DNA of 61,249 nucleotides, from the NCBI GenBank assembly GCA_964530105.1, contig CAZHBL010000001.1, positions 1-61,249 of the forward strand, read 5' to 3'. Below the pieces are notes generated by a model. The model saw only the letters and a program-made list of their open reading frames with translations. It was not told the DNA's origin and did no database searches. The translations under genes were made by a program, and so were the position numbers. This stretch comes from an uncultured Pirellulales bacterium (GTDB lineage Bacteria > Planctomycetota > Phycisphaerae > Sedimentisphaerales > Anaerobacaceae). Every line of letters begins with the position of its first letter. Within the stretch, counting starts at the first letter, position 1. Below are positions 8,756-17,507 of the stretch, in pieces.

Positions 8756-10342
8756 TCATTTGAGATTACAGGTTACAATCGTTCCCCCATTGTCTCCTTT
8801 ACGGACCTCCATCAAGCTGTTCATTACCTCAGCTCGATATCTCATAATTCTAAGTCCCATACCGTCCTCGCAGCTCGATCCCGCCGGAAAGTCCACACCG
8901 TCATTTTCAATTGTCAATCTTAAGCAACTACGTTCTGCAACCAAACCTATCATTATATTTTTTGCGTGGCCATGCTTGATAGCATTGGTAATAGCCTCTT
9001 GAGCAATTCTATATAGATTCGTCGCAACCGAAACATCATTAATTGAGACAGCGTTATCACACTTCAAGGTACACGAAACATCAAATAGTTCTTCCGTATT
9101 TGACGCTAGCTCCTGTATTGCTAATGCTAATCCATCTCTATCCAAATCAATGACGTGAAGCCCTTTGGCGAGATTGCGCGTCTGTTCGGCTGCCTGACCA
9201 AGACGTGATTTTATCTTCTCAGCATAAGTCATTTCTTCAACCAATGATTTGGTAGCCAACTTCTCTCCAAGTACTTCCATCATAAATGCTATCCCTGTTA
9301 GTTGCTGACCTATACTATCGTGTAACTCCTGTCCTATTCGCTGTCGCTCATGCTCAACGATGCTTAATAATTCTTTCTCCAAAAGTTTGCGTCTCTCAAT
9401 CTCCTTTTGCAGTTGCTCGTTAGCTTTTGTTAGTTCTGTCGTACGGGCTTGCACGAGCTCTTCTAAGTGCTCACGATGTTGCCTCAAATCTTTTTCCATC
9501 TGCTTCCGTTCGGTTATATCACGGAATATCTCCAGCTTCGAGATGCTTCCATCCGGATTGCGGATTGGGGTGTCGAGCAGATCATATGTTTTGCCGTTCG
9601 CTGGACAGTGCCATTCCCAACGAACGGTAGCACCATTTAAAACGTCCTGACTTATGCACCATGGACATTTATCCATGCGATTATAGAAGTAGTCATAGCA
9701 CTTTTGTCCGCAAGTCGATCCAAACGCCCTTTTGAGTGCAGGATTGATATATTGTATGTCGTATTGATCACTGGCAATATATACGCCATCTTCCATTGAA
9801 TCCAGAATGTTGGTCAATTTGTCCTTCTCAAACTGCAAAGCCTCTTCGGCTCTTTTGCGATCGGTGATATCTAAACAATACTCGATCATCTGGACAATAT
9901 TTCCACCATTGTCAAAAATCGGGAAACCATGAACCTCAACATTTCTTGTATTACCATCTTTATCGTAGTGGATATGCTCGACCGTCACAGGTTTCCTTGT
10001 TTTTTTCACCATTTCGAGCGGACACGGATGATCCTTACTTCCACACGGCTCGTTTTTTCTGTGAGTAAGAGCATGACAGGTTTCCGCTCCAATCGTGCCA
10101 TCCAAGTGAGCGGCGGAGTTTGTCATCTGGATCGTGTAATCCCTAGCGTCTATGACATAGAACGGATGTGTTAAAGACTCCAATACAGTTTCCAAGAACT
10201 CACTTCGCCCTAAGATATTTCCTGCTTTTGGCTTATTCGAATCAATGGCTTTCTTAGATTTGGTCCTTGCTTTCTTCATGTTACAAACCACTTGCACGAC
10301 TGGCCCTGCCAACTCGTTGACAAAGCCTATGTTAAAACGCAA
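8756..10342 (-). CDS. Cytoplasmic sensor histidine kinase with two Cys-rich PAS domains, HisKA_3 and HATPase_c
   Basis: 528 aa with no TM helix. H-box ERQRIGQELHDSIGQQL. N-box ITNAIKHGHAKN. G-boxes ENDGVDF / GMGLRIMRYRA. PAS cysteine motifs ETCHALTHRKNEPCGSKDHPCP and STCGQKCYDYFYNRMDKCPWC. The ORF starts at a TTG (10340-10342) preceded by AGAGGGG; an alternative ATG lies at 10279. Confidence 0.85.
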   Translation of the reverse strand: MRFNIGFVNELAGPVVQVVCNMKKARTKSKKAIDSNKPKAGNILGRSEFLETVLESLTHPFYVIDARDYTIQMTNSAAHLDGTIGAETCHALTHRKNEPCGSKDHPCPLEMVKKTRKPVTVEHIHYDKDGNTRNVEVHGFPIFDNGGNIVQMIEYCLDITDRKRAEEALQFEKDKLTNILDSMEDGVYIASDQYDIQYINPALKRAFGSTCGQKCYDYFYNRMDKCPWCISQDVLNGATVRWEWHCPANGKTYDLLDTPIRNPDGSISKLEIFRDITERKQMEKDLRQHREHLEELVQARTTELTKANEQLQKEIERRKLLEKELLSIVEHERQRIGQELHDSIGQQLTGIAFMMEVLGEKLATKSLVEEMTYAEKIKSRLGQAAEQTRNLAKGLHVIDLDRDGLALAIQELASNTEELFDVSCTLKCDNAVSINDVSVATNLYRIAQEAITNAIKHGHAKNIMIGLVAERSCLRLTIENDGVDFPAGSSCEDGMGLRIMRYRAEVMNSLMEVRKGDNGGTIVTCNLK

Positions 10343-10575
10343 TTTTACCCCTCTCTTGACTGCTTGTTATCTATTCTGCCCTGTTGCCCTGCAATATTCC
10401 TCATTGTGCAATCTGGAATGGCCGTTGTCAAGTGTACACATACGATTACATGGTTTGCCACCGTTAAAACCAATGCCCCTTTTTGTACAAGCAGATAATT
10501 CACGATACTCTTGTATCGTCTCGGATTAGGATATAGTGAGAGCAAAGGATTCACTTGCATCAGTGTTTGACGTTA

Positions 10576-11490
10576 TCAGTGAAGGTATCTCTTGCGATAA
10601 ATCAATAGCAATCCCGCAAAACTCAACAAAAATAATACCGACGAAATCGTAAATTTTGCCTGCCTGGTCTTGGCCAATGACAGTGACTCGATCATATTAT
10701 ATGTCTCTTTAGTAAGATCTGCATTGGTTCCGATACTCGATGCAAACTCGTTAATCTCTCTCATATTAAAGCTATGAAATGTCTGTCGTAATTGTGATAG
10801 CGTTTCACGGCTGTGATGATACATTTTATCCATTGCAAGGTTTTTGTAGCCATGCGCTTCCAGCCAGTCATAGAGTTTGGAGGAATTCTCTAACTGCAAT
10901 TGAGCGTTAACCATTATATGATAGATATTTGAGACTGCTTCCATCGTTGCAACACGGTGGCAAGTAGCGCAGCGGCCTCCCTCACTGCGGGACTTCACAT
11001 CGATGATCTCAGGACGGGATTCCTGGATGGCATGAGATCCCCTGCCGTGACAGTATAAACAGGTCGGATTGCCTAATTCCCCGTGAGGTGATCCCAGATG
11101 TTTTTCTTTAATATTGGAATGACACTTGCCGCAAAAGTAGCTGACAGCTCGCCCTCGCACAGCACTGGTAAACAGACTTTCGGTTCGCGGTACCAGCAAG
11201 AACTCTCTATCACGGTGTAAATGCGAGTGGTTCTTGAAGGCTTCCTCGCTGTCAAATTGGCCCTGTTTGACCGAAGGATCACCCCCATGGCATCCGTCAC
11301 AGGTGACGTTGTTCCGAAAGTGAATGCTTTGTTTCCATTCCTGCACCACTGCACTGAGCTTTCCAGGCAGGTTCTGATGGCAGGACACACAAGCATTGTC
11401 TTTGTAGGTACTGTCATTGGTCGATGCCTCGGCGCATATTTCCGACAGGAATACTAAACAACCGCAACAAAACAATAATCTCAACTTCAT
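10576..11490 (-). CDS. Pentahaem c-type cytochrome with a C-terminal membrane anchor; the cytochrome-c subunit of the Rieske/cyt b complex
   Basis: 304 aa. Signal peptide, then CVSCH, CDGCH, CGKCH, CLYCH, CATCH. C-terminal TM FTISSVLFLLSFAGLLLIY. Its start overlaps the upstream gene by 4 nt. Confidence 0.8.
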   Translation of the reverse strand: MKLRLLFCCGCLVFLSEICAEASTNDSTYKDNACVSCHQNLPGKLSAVVQEWKQSIHFRNNVTCDGCHGGDPSVKQGQFDSEEAFKNHSHLHRDREFLLVPRTESLFTSAVRGRAVSYFCGKCHSNIKEKHLGSPHGELGNPTCLYCHGRGSHAIQESRPEIIDVKSRSEGGRCATCHRVATMEAVSNIYHIMVNAQLQLENSSKLYDWLEAHGYKNLAMDKMYHHSRETLSQLRQTFHSFNMREINEFASSIGTNADLTKETYNMIESLSLAKTRQAKFTISSVLFLLSFAGLLLIYRKRYLH

Positions 11491-12518
11491 ACCAATTGAT
11501 CTCTTTCTTCCGGTTTCAGAGTGCGATGGACAGTTCGTAATTCGGTGATTAAAAAAGCATAGAAAACGGCCAAGGCAAACACCATGACGGCTACAGAATA
11601 CGCAAAGCTGCGAGTTTCACTATGTGCCCCTTCTGCGGGAATGAGCCCTCCTGCCGGCCACATGGCCCAGATCGTCAGACCCAGAAACAGAATCAGGCCC
11701 TCGGTAATCAAGCCTGCCATCAGCTTCACTCGGACAGTTTGATCTTTTCCATTGATGCGCCTTATCAAAAACCAAATGATAATCATCGTCAAAGGCACAA
11801 AGAACAGCAAACCCACAAAGTAGCCGGCGGAGGGACCTATGGCCCACGAAAGCCCCTGGCCAAGAACCACAAAGAATATCAGGGCCTGGAAGCATATCAG
11901 GATCAGTCCGGTATTTAACAACTTCAGCCACTCAAAGGCGTCGCGCAATCGCACTTTGCGCATCAGGTAGCCGACAGCAACATACACGACAAACCATAGC
12001 ACGGGCCAGACAAACATCGGATGAATAACGTCACGATAGGGATCGGGCATTTTGCTGCGAAACCATAATAAGACCGCCGCAGGTATAAGAAACACGAGCC
12101 ATTGCAGCCCAAAAATTGAAAGACCCCCGCGCCATTCATCCTTATTCACCCGGGCTGTCCGCAGCGGATACCAGAAGGGCAGAAGAAACAACAGGATGAC
12201 AACGACCATTTGAGTAAGAATCCCCAGAGCCTTGCCGCCGATTCCCAGTACTTCCGAAGGCATTAACTTGAGATACTGGTACACGGCAAGGAAATACCAC
12301 TCCGGACGAATGTGCGGCGGTGTCGTTGTCGGATCAGCGGGATCTTCTTCGTGGGCAATTCCATGGACCCCTAAATATTCCAGGTACGTAGGTAGAACGA
12401 CCAGAAACATCAGCAATGCAAGAGTGCAGAGCACCACGATAATCATTTTTACGATTTCGTGCGGGAAGAAAGGCTCTAAATGCTCCGGCTTATATTGTTC
12501 TCGGTAGTTAACACCCAT
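11487..12518 (-). CDS. Cytochrome b C-terminal / b6f subunit-IV-like protein with about 5 extra TM helices
   Basis: 343 aa. PetD/cyt b C-terminal signature PPHIRPEWYFLAVYQYLKLMP. About 8 predicted TM helices, against 3 in PetD. Confidence 0.8.
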   Translation of the reverse strand: MGVNYREQYKPEHLEPFFPHEIVKMIIVVLCTLALLMFLVVLPTYLEYLGVHGIAHEEDPADPTTTPPHIRPEWYFLAVYQYLKLMPSEVLGIGGKALGILTQMVVVILLFLLPFWYPLRTARVNKDEWRGGLSIFGLQWLVFLIPAAVLLWFRSKMPDPYRDVIHPMFVWPVLWFVVYVAVGYLMRKVRLRDAFEWLKLLNTGLILICFQALIFFVVLGQGLSWAIGPSAGYFVGLLFFVPLTMIIIWFLIRRINGKDQTVRVKLMAGLITEGLILFLGLTIWAMWPAGGLIPAEGAHSETRSFAYSVAVMVFALAVFYAFLITELRTVHRTLKPEERDQLV

Positions 12519-12550
12519 TTATAAATCTCCCATTTGATCGGATACTCCTG

Positions 12551-13222
12551 CTACAAAGGGCGTGAGATCCCGGTTCGTCGTATCATAAGAAAATGCAGCA
12601 CCATCATGAGAACACACAATGCAGGCAGAACCCAGATGTGCATAGCAAAAAAGAATCCCAGTGTCTCGCCGCTGATATTCTGGCCTCGTCTAATCAATAC
12701 GACGATAAGCTCTCCCAGAAGCGGGACCGCCGAGGGGATTTCAGTTCCCACTTTCGCTCCCCAGTATGAAAGCTGCGTCCACGGCAGCAGATAGCCCGTA
12801 AAAGCCATCATCGTCGTGGCCAACAAGAGGACCGAGCCGCTGATCCAGTGCAACTCACGCGGTTTGCGGAAAATTCGCAGGTACACAACGCGCGCCATGT
12901 GCAGGAAGACCAGGGCGATCATCATATTGGCGCCCACGGAATGGACCCGCTGAATCAACCAGCCCATCGGGACGTTGCTCTTGATGAATGTCACGCTGTC
13001 CCAGGCTCGTTCCGGATCCGGCTTATAGTACATAAGCAACAAAATACCGGTAAAGACCTGGATCATAAAAATCAGGAAGGCCAGCCCTCCAAAGCATCCC
13101 GCCCAGCTCAGCGTCATGGGAACCTGCTTTTGGGTAAGATTCTTTTGAACGACCGGAGTCAGATCGAAGCGGTCGTCCAGTTCTTTTCTGATACGCTTTA
13201 TTAATTCGATTAGTTTGCTCAT
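12551..13222 (-). CDS. petB: Cytochrome b6-type (split cytochrome b, N-terminal four-helix haem-binding subunit)
   Basis: 223 aa, alignable by eye to plastid/cyanobacterial b6 (GWLIQRVHSVGANMMIALVFLH.., PRELHWISG, LPWTQLSYWG, ..HFLMIRRTGISRPL*). His pairs are H-x13-H in helix B and H-x14-H in helix D. A Cys in WAGCFGG sits at the b6 haem-ci position (YCLGG). Confidence 0.85.
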   Translation of the reverse strand: MSKLIELIKRIRKELDDRFDLTPVVQKNLTQKQVPMTLSWAGCFGGLAFLIFMIQVFTGILLLMYYKPDPERAWDSVTFIKSNVPMGWLIQRVHSVGANMMIALVFLHMARVVYLRIFRKPRELHWISGSVLLLATTMMAFTGYLLPWTQLSYWGAKVGTEIPSAVPLLGELIVVLIRRGQNISGETLGFFFAMHIWVLPALCVLMMVLHFLMIRRTGISRPL

Positions 13223-13228
13223 TGCACT

Positions 13229-13717
13229 CTACGAGATCACGATCACGTTATTCTTGATTTCAAAGCTGATTTTTTTCAGCGGCACATTGGTAGGGCCTTT
13301 GACGACCTGTCCTTTGTCGTCGAAAACGGCTCCGTGGCACGGGCAATGAAAAATGTGCTCGTTCGGGTCCCACTTAACCAGGCAACCCAAATGCGTGCAC
13401 GCAGAATCGAAGACTTTGGGCTGCCGCTCCGTAAATATCAATGCAATTTGTGTACCCTGCCGGTCGAAAAACAATGCCTGGTCCTCACTCAAATCAGCAA
13501 TGGGAACTTCGATTTTTCTGGCTGTGTTGATTCGCTTCGGCAGGCGAAAAAATGAAAAAACCGGAAATGCGACAATGCACGCCGCGATACCGGTCATCAT
13601 GGCAAAACAAACATGGAAAAACCCCCGCCTGTTCTTCCGTGCCGAGACGGGTGCCGGCGAATTCGCTTTGGGGCAAGCGTAAGCGTTAGCTCTTTGATTA
13701 TCCTGGTTATTGTTCAT
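13229..13717 (-). CDS. Rieske [2Fe-2S] subunit
   Basis: 162 aa. TAT-like RKNRRGFF plus a TM anchor. Cluster boxes CTHLGC and CPCHGAVF. Confidence 0.9.
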   Translation of the reverse strand: MNNNQDNQRANAYACPKANSPAPVSARKNRRGFFHVCFAMMTGIAACIVAFPVFSFFRLPKRINTARKIEVPIADLSEDQALFFDRQGTQIALIFTERQPKVFDSACTHLGCLVKWDPNEHIFHCPCHGAVFDDKGQVVKGPTNVPLKKISFEIKNNVIVIS

Positions 13718-13757
13718 TTCAAGGCCCTTTCATTATATGTATGAAAACCCGGGTGTG

Positions 13758-14795
13758 TCAATTCACGCCTGTTTCAAGCAACCGTTTGGCTGCCTTTTTG
13801 TAGTAATTTAGTGCATGGTCAGTTTCTCCTTGCGCTTCGCTAACCATACCCATGAGATAATTGGCTTCAGGATGATCAGGATTCTTGGTCAGAATCCGTT
13901 GTAGTCTCATTTTGCTCTCTGCGATACCATTTCCACCCTGCATGATCTCGATCTGTGACATGACAAGATTTGCCTCTACGTCTTCGGCATTGTTCTGTAG
14001 CATCTTCTGCAACTCTTCGAGGGCGTCCGGGAGCAGGTTTAATTTTATCAGACATCTTGTCACACCGATCCTTGCCTCGGCGTATGTATTGTCAAGCTCC
14101 AGCGCTTCACGATACCGTTTCAGGGCAAGTGCGGTATAGTTTCTTCTCGCCAATTGCCTGGCCAGACTGGTAAGTCTATGAGCACGCTTGACGGATTCTT
14201 GTTGAGCAACGTTTTGCTGTGACGCAGATCGGGAAGATTCAAACTGTTGTCGCGTAATACGTTCTGTAGCCAGAAGGATCGCGTCCTCAACCATATCGGC
14301 AAACGAGAGTGGAACGCCGGATAAGGCCAGATCGACCCTGCCCTGCTTGTCTATCACAACTATGCTTGGCAAAACCGTAATACCGTAATCACCGAAAGCC
14401 TTAAGGTTCGTGTCCAGCAGTATTTCAACACCGATCTTATCTTTTCCACTAAGTTGAGCCGTCTGCTGCTGGTCTGGTGTGTGCGATATGATCAAAAAGA
14501 CGCTTAAGTCGGCTTCAGTCAGGCCTATGGTGTCAACTATTTCTTTTAATTTTACCAGGGATTCGGGTGTTTGTTGGTTGTAAGGTTCTCCGAAGATAAG
14601 AATGGTGGGTCGATCAAGCTTCTGCAGATCCACGTTCTCTAACGGGGAGGCCAGCCTCGGCAAGACAAGCTCCGGCGCCTTATCGAACTGATTAAGCTGA
14701 GAAAGGACGCGAACGGATGAGTTTGCATTCGTGATGAACAACAGGATCAGGAACGCATAGGATTTAATATTGCTCACAAAATATTGCATGGTCAA
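13758..14795 (-). CDS. Exported thioredoxin-fold (TlpA/ResA-like) protein lacking the CXXC motif, fused to C-terminal TPR repeats
   Basis: 345 aa with a signal peptide. TlpA-like layout (PTILIFGEPYNQQTPES where WCxxC is expected; cis-Pro region GITVLPSIVVIDKQGRV). C-terminal TPRs (ALKRYREALELDNTYAEA.., ANYLMGMVSEAQGETDHALNYYKKA). The only Cys lies in the TPR part. Confidence 0.6.
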   Translation of the reverse strand: MTMQYFVSNIKSYAFLILLFITNANSSVRVLSQLNQFDKAPELVLPRLASPLENVDLQKLDRPTILIFGEPYNQQTPESLVKLKEIVDTIGLTEADLSVFLIISHTPDQQQTAQLSGKDKIGVEILLDTNLKAFGDYGITVLPSIVVIDKQGRVDLALSGVPLSFADMVEDAILLATERITRQQFESSRSASQQNVAQQESVKRAHRLTSLARQLARRNYTALALKRYREALELDNTYAEARIGVTRCLIKLNLLPDALEELQKMLQNNAEDVEANLVMSQIEIMQGGNGIAESKMRLQRILTKNPDHPEANYLMGMVSEAQGETDHALNYYKKAAKRLLETGVN

Positions 14796-14840
14796 TTTCC
14801 TGAATTTAATGGTTTTCCAACCTTGGCGAATACCTTTAAT

Positions 14841-16193
14841 TTAATCCTCGGGCACTGAGCCGTCCAAAGGTTCTGCCAAAGGTATTGTTTTTGTTCGATC
14901 ATATTCTCTGGCTTTATGGCAGGCCGATTCGCATCTGCCGCCGTTGTCTTTCAGCTCGAACCCGAGTTTATATTGCCATTGCCCATACGGAACCGTTTCA
15001 CTGATATGGGCAAAATTCTTGCTTGCATGAACGGCATGACAGGCCCTGCAAGTACGACCGCGCTTCTCTCTATTGACGTGTACGTAGTGCAGATTAAGAT
15101 CGCCGTCTCTGAACTGAGTCACTCCCAGCCCGCTTTTGAAGGTGACCAGCTCGCTTCTATGGCACTTGAAACACAATTTATAAATGTCCGGGTTAAACGG
15201 TGCATAAAACAGCTCCGGATAGGCTTCTCTCAAGAGATTAAAATTAGAAGATGCATGAGGATCGTGGCAGGCTGAGCAATCTGCCTCTCTGATCGGGCCG
15301 TGATGATTGGGATTCTCTTTCAACAGCTTTGCCATATCTTTAAGTTTCCTGCCGTCTTTGAGTGTGATTTCTTTGTCGTGACAGCTAAGACATGTGTCAA
15401 GTGAAGACTTCTTCAGAAGCTTTGGAAAAACTGAAGAGTGTCCGTAATGACAGGTTTCGCATTGCTGTTGCTCGTTCAGCGGGCTGTGGACAACGCTGCT
15501 TTGCTCGATATGCTCTTCAATTTCCTTATGACAGGTGACACACAGCTTTCGCGGCTCGGCCAGAATATGGTCGGGCAGATCGGAACTGTGCGGGTCATGG
15601 CACAGAACACAATCGCCGTCCAGCGGCGGATGAAAATGGCGAGCTTGTTTGTCATAGTCGATTTTTTCTTTGTGGCAGGTTATGCAAAGTTCATTCCCCT
15701 GGGCGACAAGCAGCTTCGGCTTCCATGAGGAGTGCGGCTCGTGGCATAAGATACATGCTCCCATGGCTACGGGACCGTGCATGTTCTGTTTTTTCATAAA
15801 GCTGTCATCTGCGTGACAAATCAAACACAAATCCTGAGATGGATCGGCCCGCAAAGTGAACTGAAAATCACTTTGGTGCGGGTCGTGGCAGCCTACACAA
15901 TTGCCGTCCGCAACCGGTTGGTGGACATAATTTCTTGTCTCCAAAACGTGGCATGTCTGACACAATTCTTCTATTTTATGACTCAGTTGAAATTCATGTA
16001 AACCGGGCTTTAACTGCGTATGACAGGGATTACAGTCGCCTGCACCGACGGGACCGTGAACAACGGCCTTGCTCTGCAGGTTGGCGTGGCAATCGTAATC
16101 AAGACATGTCTTGTTTTGCATGTCGATCACCGAAGGGCTTTTGGTGGTGGCAAATAGCGAAATAACAAGAATATTAAAAACACTACGCATCAT
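14841..16193 (-). CDS. Periplasmic multihaem c-type cytochrome (13 CXXCH plus 2 variant motifs), a c7/c3-type repeat polymer
   Basis: 450 aa with a signal peptide. CNPCH, CQTCH, CVGCH, CLICH, CILCH, CITCH, CVLCH, CVTCH, CETCH, CLSCH, CSACH, CFKCH, CRACH, plus CLDYDCH (CX4CH) and CESACH (CX3CH). Recurrent H-x-P-(V/L)..G-x-C-x-x-CH-(D/E)-PH units. Confidence 0.85.
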   Translation of the reverse strand: MMRSVFNILVISLFATTKSPSVIDMQNKTCLDYDCHANLQSKAVVHGPVGAGDCNPCHTQLKPGLHEFQLSHKIEELCQTCHVLETRNYVHQPVADGNCVGCHDPHQSDFQFTLRADPSQDLCLICHADDSFMKKQNMHGPVAMGACILCHEPHSSWKPKLLVAQGNELCITCHKEKIDYDKQARHFHPPLDGDCVLCHDPHSSDLPDHILAEPRKLCVTCHKEIEEHIEQSSVVHSPLNEQQQCETCHYGHSSVFPKLLKKSSLDTCLSCHDKEITLKDGRKLKDMAKLLKENPNHHGPIREADCSACHDPHASSNFNLLREAYPELFYAPFNPDIYKLCFKCHRSELVTFKSGLGVTQFRDGDLNLHYVHVNREKRGRTCRACHAVHASKNFAHISETVPYGQWQYKLGFELKDNGGRCESACHKAREYDRTKTIPLAEPLDGSVPED

Positions 16194-16289
16194 TCTGCGC
16201 GCCCAACAATTGATGAGAAATTCTCTACATTATCAATTTACAAATTCCGATTTTAAGTCAGCAATCAGCATCTCTTAATCATTTTTCAC

Positions 16290-16763
16290 TCACTCGGCGT
16301 GTAAGGAATCGGCCCGAACAAGGACGTCCATCGCATCGGCCGGAGTCTTTGCTTCAAACAACTGATTTCTTAGCTCGGGGTTTGTCCCAAGACGTGCAAT
16401 CCCGGCAAGTGTGCGAACGTGCCTCTGGAAAGCCCCCTGTGGAATAAGCAACAGGATAATCAACTTTGCGGGCTGCCCATCGTGCGACTCGAAGGGTATG
16501 CCCGTCCGGGAAGTACCAAGGGCGGCTATGACGTCCTGAACGCAGTTTGCCACAGCATGAGGTACGGCGATGCCATGCTCGAGGCCGGTGCTGAGGGACC
16601 GTTCGCGATCAAATACGCCTTCTATGATCTCGTTTCTGTCTGTCAGTCGCAACTCGTGCGCGGAAATAAGAAGATCAACCAGCTCCTGGATTGCCTCCCA
16701 TTTGGTCGTTGCATCCAGATCTATTTTGATAATATCTTCTCTCAGTATTTCGGTTAAACGCAC
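16290..16763 (-). CDS. ptsN: PTS EIIA type-2 domain protein (EIIA-Ntr / PtsN-like regulator)
   Basis: 157 aa. PTS_EIIA_2 pattern with the phosphorylatable His in GLEHGIAVPHA. Starts 15 nt after the V-ATPase D gene. Confidence 0.7.
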   Translation of the reverse strand: MRLTEILREDIIKIDLDATTKWEAIQELVDLLISAHELRLTDRNEIIEGVFDRERSLSTGLEHGIAVPHAVANCVQDVIAALGTSRTGIPFESHDGQPAKLIILLLIPQGAFQRHVRTLAGIARLGTNPELRNQLFEAKTPADAMDVLVRADSLHAE

Positions 16764-16778
16764 AATCTTACCTCACAT

Positions 16779-17453
16779 TTACGTTTGCCCCGAAGAAACA
16801 TCTTCGTACTCGCCGAGTCCTTCGTTTTTGCTTCGGGTCTTCTTCCGCTTCAGCCTTTTAAGCCTGAATGTGTCTTCGCGCTCTCGCTGATCAAGCGTAT
16901 CACGGATAAAGCCGATCTGCTCTCGCAGGCCCGGCAGCAGACGCTGCTCGAGGGCATTAACCCGGCGAGATGTTTTCCTGATATGCTCGGCCAGCACGGC
17001 AAGCTTATGCTCTACCGGAGCTACGTGAATCGCATGTTCGATGACCTGCTCGAATCGCTCTGCAGTTTCATCGATTCGAGCGCTGACCGTATATGACGTA
17101 TAGCCGCGAGATTCGGAGGCGCGAACCGAATAGTCGCTCGTTACATCGATCACACTGGCGCCCCAGATATTCCGCTTCTTCAACTCTACCGTCACGGGCC
17201 GGTGCGTTGCGGAGGATACCGAGGAAAGTGTTTCGGTCCCATCGACTGCGATGGCAGTTAACAAAGACTGAACGGCTTTGATTACGGCCGAGCGCATCTT
17301 GTCTCGTTCCGACGAGAAATCTTTGAGTTCCTTTAGAAATTCCCTTATGAGCACCTCCCGTTTGGATCGGAGCATCTGTGCACCCTGCTCGGCCAGGCGG
17401 ACCTGTGCACGCCGGGTAAGCAATTCCGTTCGTGTCGGACTTACCTGTTCCAT
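16779..17453 (-). CDS. atpD: V/A-type ATP synthase subunit D
   Basis: 224 aa. N-terminus PTRTELLTRRAQVRLAEQGAQMLRSKREVLIREF is typical of subunit D. Last gene of the operon. Confidence 0.85.
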   Translation of the reverse strand: MEQVSPTRTELLTRRAQVRLAEQGAQMLRSKREVLIREFLKELKDFSSERDKMRSAVIKAVQSLLTAIAVDGTETLSSVSSATHRPVTVELKKRNIWGASVIDVTSDYSVRASESRGYTSYTVSARIDETAERFEQVIEHAIHVAPVEHKLAVLAEHIRKTSRRVNALEQRLLPGLREQIGFIRDTLDQREREDTFRLKRLKRKKTRSKNEGLGEYEDVSSGQT

Positions 17454-17507
17454 CGACTACCGTTCCAGGTTCCCATTTTGCGATTTTTTTGTAAAATGGG
17501 GTCCCTA

